Assembly: GCA_050084985.1 (NCBI GenBank)
Contig: JBITNC010000001.1
Location: 106,330,001 to 106,394,000, forward strand
Source of the DNA: Nageia nagi
Taxonomy: Eukaryota > Plantae > Pinophyta
Direction: 5' to 3'
DNA length: 64,000 nt
Below are positions 52,282-64,000 of the stretch, piece after piece (the first letter of the stretch is position 1; each line of letters starts with the position of its first letter). The translations under genes were made by a program, and so were the position numbers. The notes beneath the pieces were generated by a model. That model was not told the origin of the DNA. It worked only from the letters and a program-made list of their open reading frames with translations, and did not search any database.

Positions 52282-55103
52282 TTATAGTGGTTCCTCCATC
52301 TCTTGGGTAGAGAGACGAAAAGATAAAAAGAAAGAATAAAAGGGAATTCTCCTCCATAGAGATACAAGTGGAATTAAAAAAAAATTACATTTTTAAGAAA
52401 GTAATAGAATATTGATAGTTCTACAATAGTTCAACTACTTAACCATTTTAACAAATAGTTTTACAATACAATCATTTATCAAAAAATGGTTTCTTTGTAT
52501 AAAAGTAGTCATTCAACAATATGTTGATATGATGAGCTTCTATGAGCCTGTATACCCAAAGTAACTTACAATCTTAAAAATCTATAAGGTACAAGCAAGT
52601 CATAAATAAAATCAATTAGATACATCATGTATACTCATATAATATAAATATTATTCATAAATTGATTAAAAATACTAAATCATCACATATGCATAATATC
52701 AAAGATGATATACATCATCAACTATATATCACATGTGCATACTAAACAAAATGTATCAACTATAATATGATATCAATAATATAATATGTGCACAACACTA
52801 TCAAATACATAATCAACCAAGTGATATAAATGTATTCTTAACCAAGGATATAAAAAAATATTATTAATCTTTATCAAAAAAAATAATTTTTAATTTTTAA
52901 ATTTATTTATTTTAGATTATTATTTTGTATTTATTGAGTGTATATGAAGATATCATCATATCATAATATTTTATAATTTAATTCTTTCCCTTGATGATAA
53001 CTTCAAATACTTATGTGATCATATTATCTTAACCATGTCATAAATGATCAAATGTCATCTTGACTAAACTACTAAGTTAAAATTTTCAAAAGTATAATCA
53101 TTTAACTAAATCAAGATTTATAAACCATAAATGCCAACTTGACCAAACACAAATCTAAGATTTACAAAATAAAGTATAAGCTACAAATGCCAACTTGACC
53201 AAACACAAAGTTAATATTTATAAAATAAATCATAAGCCACATACATAAGTTCTTATCTATTTACAAATATATTGATTTGGAGGTTTAAGTTCTTCTTCAA
53301 CAATACTATAGCATAGATGAAGAACAAATTACAAAATACCATTTTGACTACCATGTCAAGATGCATATAATAAAATTTGGTAGCATTAATCTATCAATAT
53401 AAATTCAAATTTCATCAAATAATTATAATTTTAAAGAAGAAAAAAAAATTTAACCATACCAATAATGTGTAATCATGGATAAAGTCAAATTTTTTTAATC
53501 ACTCCAACAATATAGTCATGGAAAAAGAACTTTTTTAACTACTCCATCTGCTACAAATTGTTAACAAATAGTAATTTATCATCATAGATAAAATTTTCAA
53601 ATAAATAAGTATAATGGTGTTAATCCATAAATATGGATAAATTTCTCAACTATGAAAGTATAGTAGAATCAATCTATAAATATGGATATTTTTTTAAAAT
53701 ATAAAAGTATAAAGGCATTAATCTATTAACATTCTCAAACATAGAAGTATGGTTAGATTTTATACTCCCTTTTAAGAGTAATTTTTATTAAAAAAATATA
53801 TTGCAATTACTAATCTTTACAAATGTAGAAAGGAATGTACATTTTTTAAAGGTACTTGTACATTTTTATTTTAAAATAAAAAAAATATTTATGCAAAAGC
53901 AATCAATAATGAATTATCTTCAATAAATCTTGTAGAAATTTTAAAACTTTGCACTCCAACAAATATATTATTCAATATGTACAAAAATTTTGAAGATTAA
54001 TACATAATAATTCTAATGTTGAAAAAGTTTACAAACTTTACTCTAACAAGAATTTATACTCATCCAAAAAAAAATTTATGTAATATAAGATCAATGTATA
54101 TAAATAAGAATATGTGCATAATCAAAAAAATTTCATCTAATATAAGATTAAAAAAATGATAATAGTTTGAAGAAAAGTTACATAAATTTTTACTTCAAAT
54201 AATATGCATACAAGAAATATCTATATTAACTATCAATTTTATAATCCAATGCATATTAAGCATACTAAAATTTTTGTAATATAAATTAATAAAATTAATA
54301 AGGATAGTGCATATCAAGATTTAAAAGAAATTTTTACCTAAATTTTTATGTTATGCATATCCAAATACTATACATTTTTATCTAACCAAAGAGATTAATT
54401 ATGTGCATAAATTAACCATCCAAGCATGATGGTAATATAATTTGCATAACCAAGTATAACAAGCATAAAGTTTTTTAACATAATGCAACTTTCCCTTTTT
54501 TCTTTGTTATTATAACAACAAAACATCATAAATTAATATAAGAAAAAAAATTGTATTAAAAGAAGTATGCAATTAAAGTGGTTTGCAAGGTATTGCATAT
54601 TATATAAAAAAATAATTATTGCATTAATGTCGAGTGTTGAAAATTTTATTGTAATATAGTGTAATATTTCTCTTTAATGTAAATTCACTTAATTCTTAAA
54701 GTATCTTTAGATACCTTAAATCATTTAGATAATAAATATAGAAACACTTTTAAACTTACCTTTGGATAAAAAGAATGTTAAAATGTAGATTTTTTCTTAT
54801 AAATAGAGAGGTACCCCTCTCATTATGCAACTTGATAAAGCATAGTAATACTTATTTTGTAAAGATGCTCTTGTAGAAGTTTTATAAAAGAATTATTGAG
54901 AATTTGCAAGAGATTTTTTTATGAGAAGTAATAGAATGATGGTTCAAAATAGATATACTCTTAATATATGGAGGAACCACTATACATGATGAGTTATTTT
55001 TTATGTGATTGATTATTACTTTGCTAGAAGGATGAATGTTAGATTTGTTGGAGAAGCTTCAAGGTGATCTTAATTTATGGAATCCTTCAATTCCATCAAC
55101 TTG

Positions 55104-55831
55104 ATCTTCCTCTTCCTCTACCTTGGAAGTCTCCACTTCTTTCTCTTTCTCTTTATCTTGCTCTACCTCTTCCTCTTGAAGGGTTTGGGGATCTTCCTTA
55201 TGTACTTGAATTGGCTTCACCCTCCTTGCATGCAAAAACCTTATCTTCACCAAAATCACCATTGGAAGGAGTGGTATCTTTGAGTCTTTCCTCATGACTC
55301 ATCAAGGAACCAATGGGCATATCAAAATAAAGTCTTTTTTTCATCTTGGAAGTAGTGACCTCAATACTTTAATCACCATTACATCACACCAAGAGTTATC
55401 ATCTTATCAACACAAGTTTTAACTCTTACATATTAGTTTCCCACACTCTCTTCCTCTTTCATTTTTATATTCTTAAAATATATATTCAATGTTTGAAGCC
55501 TCACTTACTTCACTTGTATGCTCCCTTGGTAGCTATCTTATAGTGCTTTCAAAGCATATTTACTTGGAATACAATAAGTTATCCTTGAAAAGATACTCTT
55601 ATCCAAGCTTGCTTATAGATGGTAAAGAGAAAACTAGTTTTTCTATTGATCCTCCTTCACATGCTTATCATTACTTTGGAGACTATTCTAGTTGTGTGGC
55701 TCACTATATCCTTCTTTAATGATATCCTACAAGTATTTTCCAATGAGTAGTTTCTTTATATTTATGTATCAATACTCATATACCTCTCCTTTAAACTTAA
55801 GAATGGGTAATGTGTTGTAATTAGCATCCAT
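55104..55831 (-). pseudogene. Copia A gag N-terminal part
   Basis: Starts MDANYNTLPILKFKGE and continues to ...IGSLMSHEERL...GRGRGRS, which joins the zinc knuckle at 50188. Confidence 0.85.
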
Positions 55832-55955
55832 TTGTTTCTCAATCAATCAACAAACTTTGGGACTATAACTCACTTACAAGAATTTTGCTTATTTTTATAA
55901 ATAAACCCATAAACTATCCTATAAACCAATAGATCTAAAATCTTTGATACCATAA

Positions 55956-56414
55956 TGAGACTAATATTTAGTTATCACTATTGAAAATGAAATGGTTACA
56001 ATTGTATATAGCTCAAGGACTAAGCTCAACATAGACATAAGTGGTTGAGAAGATAAGCTCAACCATTATTACAAACCAATCTTGATGTATCCAAACTCAA
56101 ACAATTAGACTTGCAATCCTATATTGAACACTCCAAACATATTGTACTACATATCTATGAATTCTAACAGTAATCTCAAAATCAAACAAGATCACATAGA
56201 GCTAAAAATGAACAAACTATTTAAATATGATGTTGTATTACAAATCAATATGTTGCATACCGGTTGGTATAGAAGTATATTATTTGTACCTTGAACTAGT
56301 TGGTCTATTATGTTGTGTTGCTCTATTGTGTTAGTAAAATCTATATTATCTAGCTGAAAATAGAGAGTTAGGGTTTTTGATAGATCATCCATAGAATGGG
56401 CTTTAACTTCAACA
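55956..56414 (-). repeat. 5' LTR of Copia A
   Basis: TG...CA; adjacent iMet PBS at 55941-55952. Confidence 0.9.
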
Positions 56415-56880
56415 CCAATTAGATTCAAATTTACCTTTCTTTTCATCTTCTAGAGCTTTAGTATTTACAAGATTTTTCTTTAATTACTAAGTCCCCTATC
56501 TTAAAATCTTTAGGCTAATATTTTTGTTATATTCTCATTTAATTATATATTGATATATTCATAGTTATTTTAAATCATTTACTCTTATTTCATTTAAGGC
56601 ATCTAGTTGTGCTAATCTTACTTTCCTTTTATCTTTATCAAAAATGAGACCATATAAGACACACGCAAGGATGGGATTTCTAACTCTATAGGAATAACAA
56701 CTTCATCACCATACATTAAAGAGAAAGGAGTTGCCCCAATAACAATCTGTATACTTATTCTATAAGCCCACAAAGCATAAGGCAATTATTCATGCCAATA
56801 TTTACCATGTTTTGTAATAGTTTTATACGATATACTTTTCATGACCTTATTATAAGCTTCCACTTGACCATTATCCAAAG
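56415..56880 (-). pseudogene. Gypsy E integrase core, right part
   Basis: NGQVEAYNK...LPYALWAYRISIQIVIGATPFSLMYGDEVVIP...GDLV...GKFESNW. Confidence 0.92.
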
Positions 56881-57199
56881 CCCTTTTTTTGTCAAGTAAA
56901 TTAAATTTATACCATAAATTCTCTTAATCCCACATAGAATTTTGAATAAATAATATAGTATATTCCTCCATTCAAGTATCAAGCTATAGGGATATACCTT
57001 TGACGATCTAATTTTAGCACTTCAATAAAACTTGACATCATTAGATTCATCAAGTATCATTTTTCATATAGTTACTGTTGATTAGGATTGTGTAACATAT
57101 GCGCCATGAACAATCTTAACCAAAGTAAATCAAGAACAGACTATAGTGATAGTCTGATCTCCGGAGAAGGTCGGTTCCTTATCTATTGGGCGTAGAAAA

Positions 57200-57445
57200 A
57201 GTAACAGGAAAGGAAATAAAAAGAGTAAAGTGCGAGGAATTCAAGCAAAAGGGTTAGGGTAATAGGAAAGAAATAAAAAGAGTAGGGTGCGAGGAATTCA
57301 AGCAAAAGGGTTAGGGTAACAGGAAAGAAATAAAAAGAGTAGGGTGCGAGGAATTTAAGCAAAAGGCTTAGGGTAACAAGAGAAAAAATAAAAAGGAGTA
57401 GAGTGCAAGGAATTTAAGCAAAAGGCTTAGGGTAACAAGAGAGAA
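57200..57445. repeat. 57-bp tandem repeat x4 in the LTR region of F
   Basis: aaaagagtagggtgcgaggaattcaagcaaaagggttagggtaacaggaaagaaata. Confidence 0.92.
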
Positions 57446-57929
57446 AGCAAAGGTGGATCACTAGTTCAACACGGGCTTTCACAGTGTGTGAAACCTTGGC
57501 CTGAATCTAGTGTAGCAACTACGGTACAAGCTCTCACTCTCTAATAGTTTCCCAGCTTTACTCTACCATGTAGCAGACATAGTTATACTAGCAACTCGCA
57601 ATTATCATTCAGGAAACAAGCCAAGCTGCCACGATGTAACCAAATTAAGAATGACAATTATGAGTGCTAGATAAGAAAGGTCAAGATGGTATCATATTAC
57701 TGATAAAAACTATAGGTCTTCGAGAACAAATGTAAAGAGCAATACTAGGCTTTTGACCCTTTTTCCACTTTATTTTCATATACTTATACTGTAGTAACAA
57801 TAGTTACAAGAATTGCAGAACAGAAATGTTTACAAAAATGGCTTCAAGATTCTAGCCTTCTTTTAACTGATACTACCTACATATGCCACTTGTAGAATAT
57901 TACAAAAATGGGGCAAATTGCAAATGATA

Positions 57930-58890
57930 CTATGATCTGACCTCTTACTGGCATCATCTTTACTGTGATGTTCTATTTACTAGCTCTGGCTATTCGACCC
58001 CCCTTTACTGGCCTCATCTCTACATTTTGAAATGCTCTACTCACCAGCTTCGACTATTCGATCACTCCTTGCTGATCTCATCACTTTTGGGACCTGGTTT
58101 CGTTCAAAATGTGAACATCATTCTCCCTGTGATGTCATCTCTTACCTTCAGAATGTTTTACTCATTGGCTTCGGCTATTTGATCGCTCCTTATTGATCTC
58201 ATCACTTCTGGGCTCCGATTTCATTCAAAAATGTGAACATCATTCTCCCTATGATGTCATCTCTTACCTCCAAAATGTTTTACTCACTAGCTCCAGCTAT
58301 TTGATCGCTCCTTGTTGACCTCATCACTTTTGGGCTCTAGTTTTGGGTTAAGGCTCGAAATCATTGATGTCATCTCTTACCTCTAGAATGTTTTACTCAC
58401 TGGCTCCAGCTATTTGATCACTCCTTGTTGGCCTCATCACTTTCGGCTCTGGTTTTAGGTTAAGGCTCGAAATTGCTGACATCATCTCTTAACTCCAGAA
58501 TGTTTTACTCACTAGCTCTAGCTATTTGATCGCTCCTTGCTAGCCTCATCACTTCCGGGCTCCAATTTTGGGTTAAGGCCCAAAATTGCTAACATCATCT
58601 CTTCCAAAATGTTTTATTTACTGACCCTAGCTTCTCAATTCCCCTTGCTGACCTCATCATCTTTGGAACTTGGTCTTTACCAAAATGTGACTATCTTATC
58701 CTCCATGATGTCATCATTTTATTCTAGAATGCTTTACTTCTGGAACACTTAATTTACGGGCTTTGGCTTCTTCGATTTCTTCTTGCTAACCTCACCTCCT
58801 TCAGAACCCAAGCTTTTCCATAAATGAGCTTCATCCTTTCTTCTGTGACATCATCATTTCATTCTGGAATGCTTTATCTACCGACTCTGG
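57930..58890. repeat. ~110-122-bp tandem array in F, about 8 copies
   Basis: aatgttttactca...ctatttgatcgctccttg...cctcatcactt at ~58152, 58274, 58387, 58499 and 58608. Confidence 0.88.
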
Positions 58891-58891
58891 C

Positions 58892-59125
58892 CTATTTTGT
58901 TTGCTCCAGAAAAACTCCTAGGGATCTTAAAATGAACTCATGATTAGCCATTTCAGGAGAGGTATTTCTAGTGTGAAGATTGGATGATTCTGGCTTGGTA
59001 AAGGATTTTAGGGAGTTGATACTATTCAGAGACTTGGACTTGATCAGGGTCTTTCTCTTAGGAGTATCTAACGTTCTAAAATCCGGTGCTTCTTTTGCTG
59101 CTCTAGTTTTAGATCTTGTCCACAT
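58892..59125 (-). pseudogene. Truncated gag-like N-terminus of F
   Basis: 77-aa ORF MWTRSKTRAAK... just downstream of the PBS; M-x-TRS starts are typical of Tat/Athila gag. Confidence 0.45.
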
Positions 59126-59273
59126 AAACTCTAGGTCACAAAAGAAAGTGACAGGTTCAAAAGCACATATGATATTTACAAATAATTTGCTTTAATACAT
59201 ACCATAGATAGTGCTTCAGCAGAGTCGCCAATAATTTTCTTCGTGTCCCACCGAGTGTGCCAAAAAGAAATAC

Positions 59274-61203
59274 TATTGATTAGGATTGTGTAATATATGC
59301 AGTGTTGAACAATTTTTTGAATAAAGTAAATTTTTTAAGAAAGCACTATATTACAATTATCTTAGATACCTTACCCTTTATATATTAGAAGCGTTAAAAT
59401 TACCTTTGGATAAAAAGAAGTTAATGAAAGATTTCTAATAAAAGGGGTCTATATGCTAATTGAAAAGCATAGTAAATAGTTATTTGTAAGATGTCTAGCT
59501 AAAAGGTTTATAAAGGAATATGAAATTTGCAAAGAGATTAGGAGTATAGAATATGGCAAAAGCTTACTGTAACAATGGAGAAACACTAAAATAGAGTAAT
59601 GTGAGAATATTTAAGAAGAATGTTAGTTGGTTGGAGAAAGCCAAGGTGATCAATATGAATCCGTCATTCCACAACTTGATCTCCTTTGGCCTTGAATCTA
59701 TTTAGCTCTTACTCAAGCTCTCTACCTCTCTAAGGTTTTCTTCCATTGTTACTTGAATGGCACATCCTTGATAAAACTACTCACAATTATCATTAAAGGA
59801 GACAAGCCCATGACTCATGATGTAACCAATATAAAAATGACAAGTTTTATGCTAGGAATAGAAGCTCAATACTGGTAATCACCATTAGATCAAAAATATA
59901 TCTTGACAACAAATGTTTTAACTCTTACATATTATTTCCCACTCTTTCCACTTTAATTTTCATATTCTTAAATATATCTTCAATGTTGAAAGACTTGCTT
60001 CACTTGTATGACATATTTATCTATAGGCTTCAAGATATTTACCTTTGTATAACTAAGTTATCCTTTAATATACTCTTATCCAACTTGCTATAGATGGTGG
60101 AAATCAGTTTATACTATGATCGACCTCCTTACTGCTTATCTTTACTGGAATTTCTATTGTATGCTCAGCTATATCCTTTTTAATGCCTATCCTACATATT
60201 TCAAGATGTTTCTTATATTCATGTTCAATCTATTGATCCTCCTACTTAGAATAGGTATTTTGAAAGACCTTGTTTCATCAAAATTAACAACATTCTAACT
60301 CACTTACGAATTTTGCTTATTTTATTACCTTCATAAATGTTAATTTATCTCATAATTGAGCTTATTTGATCTCACTATGAACTGATGTTACATTTATAGC
60401 TCAAGGACTTCCATTGCATAAGTGTTGAAAGATAATCTCCCATTATTCAACCATCTTGATTACCTTCGACAATTCTTTCAATCTATTGACACTCCACATA
60501 TTGTCTACTATCTTGTTAACCTCATCACATACATGAGCTATCCTATTTTTGGTTTAAGCAAATCGCTATGTTACCTACCTCTGGATAAGTATTTATTGTA
60601 CTTGGCTATGGTCTATTTGTTGCGATCTTGTGGCTATCAACTTCTAAGCTAATAAATTGGGTTAAGCTAAAATCATTAGACATCTTCTACTTACACCAAT
60701 AATGTTTTACCTTCCATCTTTGAGCTTTAGATCGTCATACCTAGCCCTATCAATCTTAGGCTATATTTTTGTATATCTCATAATTATTATGATATTTCAT
60801 AGATAACATTTACTCTTATGTTCATTAAGGTCTAGTTATGCTAATTTACTTCCTTTATCCTTATCAAAATGAACCATTTAAGACACAGAAGATGGATTTC
60901 TTACTCATAGGAATGACACATTTCACCTACATTAAAGAGAATGTGCATACATTTACTTGCTGCAAAGCTGTAATTATCATGCATATCCTTTTTTCGTAAT
61001 TTATACGATATCTTTGCATGACCTAAACTCTCCACTTGGCATTTCCAAAGCTCATCTTTTTCTTAAATAATTAGTCCATAAATTTCATCCAAAGCTTTAT
61101 ACATAATATGTTTTCTCCATTAAAAAGCTCTGGGGATACTTAAGATACTATATTGCATTTAAACTTACACCAGTGTAGTTTCATAAGTTATTTTTGAATA
61201 TAA
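59274..61203. other. Indel-rich mosaic of 54690-57075 and 57076-59270, probable assembly or polishing artefact
   Basis: Short words from both source regions alternate collinearly, with many 1-3-bp deletions. Confidence 0.75.
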
Positions 61204-62016
61204 GTTACCATATTCTAATATTTTATGAAGCTAATTAAGTTACATTATATTGGTTTTTATCATATGCTTACACTCTTTTACATCCCACTTAGTAAATAAT
61301 ATTTACTTAAATAAAGGATTGTTCAACTAAATGTTTAAATGTATCCCTTAAGTGATAGCCCATATTCTAAAATGTGGTTGAATAGATGTTTATTTTTCTT
61401 GTATATAAACAATTAAAACTAAACAAAATGCTTAAACTAATACTATAAATACCATTTTTTTGAAGTAATCAATCTATTATAACTATCCAATGGTAGAGAG
61501 TTCATTTTTCTCTTCTTACTTTTGTGTATCTATCATCTAATGATATCCCCTTATTCCTCCTAGCATATAGACAAACTTGAATAGACCCTCATATAATCCT
61601 CATTAATTAAATAAAACATATATTTAAAATTAGTTTTAATATATTATTTATATAAAACTAGCTTCTAAATGTATTGAAATCTTATCCTTTACCTTGTTTG
61701 TCACATGTCTCTAAAATGAAATTGAATACTTTAGCATAAATATCATATTTTTACCATCATCCTCCCTCTATCATCCAAATAAATTTTAAAATACCCCATA
61801 TAATCATTTTTTAATTCATCATATCAAGTTTCTTGCATGATTACTAAATCAAACTATTATAAGATTCTCAACTTCTTGATTTGATATGAATCTAATGTTA
61901 AATCTACACCATGTGAGAAAAAAATCTTTTTAGTATTATCAATTTTAATATATGAAAAAGATTAGATCTGATTTTACACTAAAATATTATTATTATTCAA
62001 TATATAAAAATAAATT

Positions 62017-64000
62017 TGATAAATTACTTTACTCAAAAATAGAAGAATAATTAAGCAAACACGATCAACAAGAGATGACACATGCATGTAATGTGATTCA
62101 CCCAATGTGGGCTATGTCTACAAAGAATAGTCATTTATTTATATCAATCTAATGACACCAAGAGATACAACCAATAGTAACATAATTTTAATTTTCTCTT
62201 TGGTTACACAAAATTTCTAACTACAATAGTTCATCTTATCTTTTTCACACATATACAAACTCTACTCCCCCATTCCTTCCTTTTGCTTACTTGTTATAAT
62301 GAATCTTACAACATATTTATAGATATTCATACAAGCTTAATTATAACCAAAATAAAAGAAAAAAATCATGCAATAAATCCATCATTGATATAAACATCAA
62401 TTCCTAAACTTAGAACAAAGCAAGAGTGAATTTTCAAGCCTAAAATAGAACTTTTTGCCTCTATAATGTGATCGGCCTACATCAAATTGATCATGTTATC
62501 ATATTATCTTCCTTAAGTATGATCATAATTTATATTTCCCTAGGAGGTAGATTGTATTTTTTGATCTTTCCCTAATATTTATATTGGTTGATCAAACTAT
62601 TAGCTAGCAATTCTTGATCTTACAACTAACTAACACTTCTTGATCTTCTAGTCAACTATGTAATCAGCATGCCAACTATGTGATATTCCTCCATGTGGAT
62701 GATTTTAAAATGGAGAGATGAAAATATGAGTTCTCCAAATAATTAGTATCAATTCCTAACAATATCCCACTTTTAGATTGATTCATGCAACACACATACA
62801 ACTTAGTTGGATCTAGATATTCTCATCTTGACCTCCCATACCTTGATATCACCTAGAATTGGGATAATTCCTAACTCCACCTTTGTGAATACCTATGTAC
62901 CTTCATCAAGCCCTTAAAACAAACTCACCATGAACCTCAACCAACTCATAATACTTTTAATTCATTACCTTGATGTTCCATGAACCTCATTGTTCCATAC
63001 CTTCAACTCTATGGGTCATAACTCCTTGCATAAATACTTTTATTTCAATTCCTTACTTGAACAATCATTTATCTTTATTTTCATATTGCATACAAAAATA
63101 TCATACACATGATCAATACTTATAGATAACTTATTCCATCTAAGCTTTTACTCGAATTTCTCTTTCATAAAACACTCACCACCAATATTATGCAACACAT
63201 ATGAAACTATGGGAAAACCTTGACTTACCCTTAAACATCTTAAAATATCCCTTAATGGAATTTCCTTGCCCTAATCTTGAACACACCCTTACACCTTTTG
63301 TATCCACATATTCATTTTTTTGTTCTTAGAAACACTCTTTCCAACCGTATTCTTTTCTATAAACCCCACTCCACTTTTATCTCTAAACTTGTGATATACC
63401 TTGTTTATATTCTTCCCAACTATAGGAGCTAGGTTCATAACATCATTAGAATAATTAGAAAATAAATATACCAAACTAACCATATTACCTCTAGAAACAA
63501 CTAGAGAACCCTTAGACACCTTCCACATTTTGTTTCAAAATGAAACTACATATTCCTCACCATTAAGCTTTCTACTTGAAATGAGATTCCTTTTCAAATA
63601 TAGAATGTATCTTACCTCCTTGAGCACCCACATATTTTTTTATATAAAATGATATTGAATTTCCCCATACCAAATATCCTACATGGCTCATCATTACCCA
63701 ACTTAACATGACTAAAATCTCCTTGAACATACTCAACAAAATAACCCTTATGGTAAGTTGCATGGAAATAAGCACTTGAATCCATTGCCCAATAATCATT
63801 ATGAATATCTCAATATAATATCAAATAATACTTAATAAACTCACTATCCATGATGGACTCAATACTGGATTCCCTCTTGAAATGTCCCTTCTCACACTAC
63901 CAACATTCAATATTTCCTTTTCTATTGGAATCACCTTATTGGTTCCCTTGAGATTTTGATCCTCCTCTCTCCTTTTTTATTCCCCTTTTCTCAACAATTA
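62017..64000 (-). mobile_element. Copia (Tork/Tnt1-like) derivative with 3' LTR, PPT and gag-protease but no INT/RT; runs off the window
   Basis: LTR edge at 62761 followed by PPT aaagtgggatat. Protease WKVSKGSLVVSRG (63289-63528) and LKRNLIS, zinc knuckle IECW.CEKGHF (~63880-63915). The left LTR edge is approximate. Confidence 0.75.

Larger units (their letters stand above)
50189..55098 (+). mobile_element. Non-autonomous Copia derivative D (no ORF), related to B, inserted in the gag of A
   Basis: LTRs 50189-50643 and 54635-55098, perfect TSD acttg (50184-50188 and 55099-55103), decayed iMet PBS tgatattagagtca. It shares the ggaaccactata LTR motif and the 3' non-coding sequence with B. Confidence 0.92.
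3359..56414 (-). mobile_element. Copia LTR retrotransposon A (outer element; ~5.1 kb once four nested insertions are removed)
   Basis: Homologous LTRs 3359-3830 and 55956-56414. PBS tggtatcaaaga at 55941-55952, PPT at 3831-3841, decayed TSD ccagc/ccaat. gag-PR-INT-RT-RH fragments occur in Copia order and rejoin across each insertion. Confidence 0.92.
57076..61203 (-). mobile_element. Young Tat/Ogre-like LTR element F, internally deleted, right part garbled
   Basis: LTR start tgttgattaggattgtgtaa at 57076 recurs at ~59274. PBS tggcacactcggtgggac at 59245-59262, TSD gttac (57071-57075 and 61204-61208), many CpGs retained. The inner LTR boundary is unresolved. Confidence 0.7.

Noticed and set aside
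57245-57435. Interstitial telomere
   Set aside because: There is only one or two TTAGGG-like words per 57-bp unit, not an array.
60116-60652. Short ORFs in the mosaic region
   Set aside because: The sequence is probably an artefactual consensus and has no recognisable motifs.

Overview
Eukaryotic, AT-rich, strongly CpG/CHG-depleted intergenic DNA from a large plant genome (gymnosperm-like; inference from the element types and the decay pattern). No intact host gene, RNA gene or CRISPR array is visible. Almost the whole window is a nest of LTR retrotransposons that can be rebuilt from paired LTRs, PBS/PPT signals, target-site duplications (TSDs) and reading frames that rejoin across the insertions. 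An old Tat/Ogre-type Gypsy (E) was split inside its integrase by a ~5.1-kb Copia (A, 3359-56414, minus strand). A was then inflated to 53 kb by four insertions. (1) Copia B, 4258-12239. (2) Non-autonomous Gypsy G, 14686-28225, whose 5' LTR carries non-coding LTR element H (14830-19797). (3) Tat-like Gypsy C, 28334-49876, which carries a one-ended CACTA fragment and a 5'-truncated Gypsy piece with an antisense, intron-containing plant-mobile-domain (PMD) gene. (4) Non-coding Copia derivative D, 50189-55098, with a ~620-bp fold-back hairpin. To the right lie a young CpG-retaining element F (57076-61203), whose right half looks like an assembly mosaic, and a gag-protease-only Copia. The best leads are the PMD gene flanked by copies of a decayed GC palindrome, the hairpin plus anti-LTR module in D, and a CpG-preserved double GCCGAC island in the leader of B. 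All alignments were done by eye; boundaries marked ~ are approximate.
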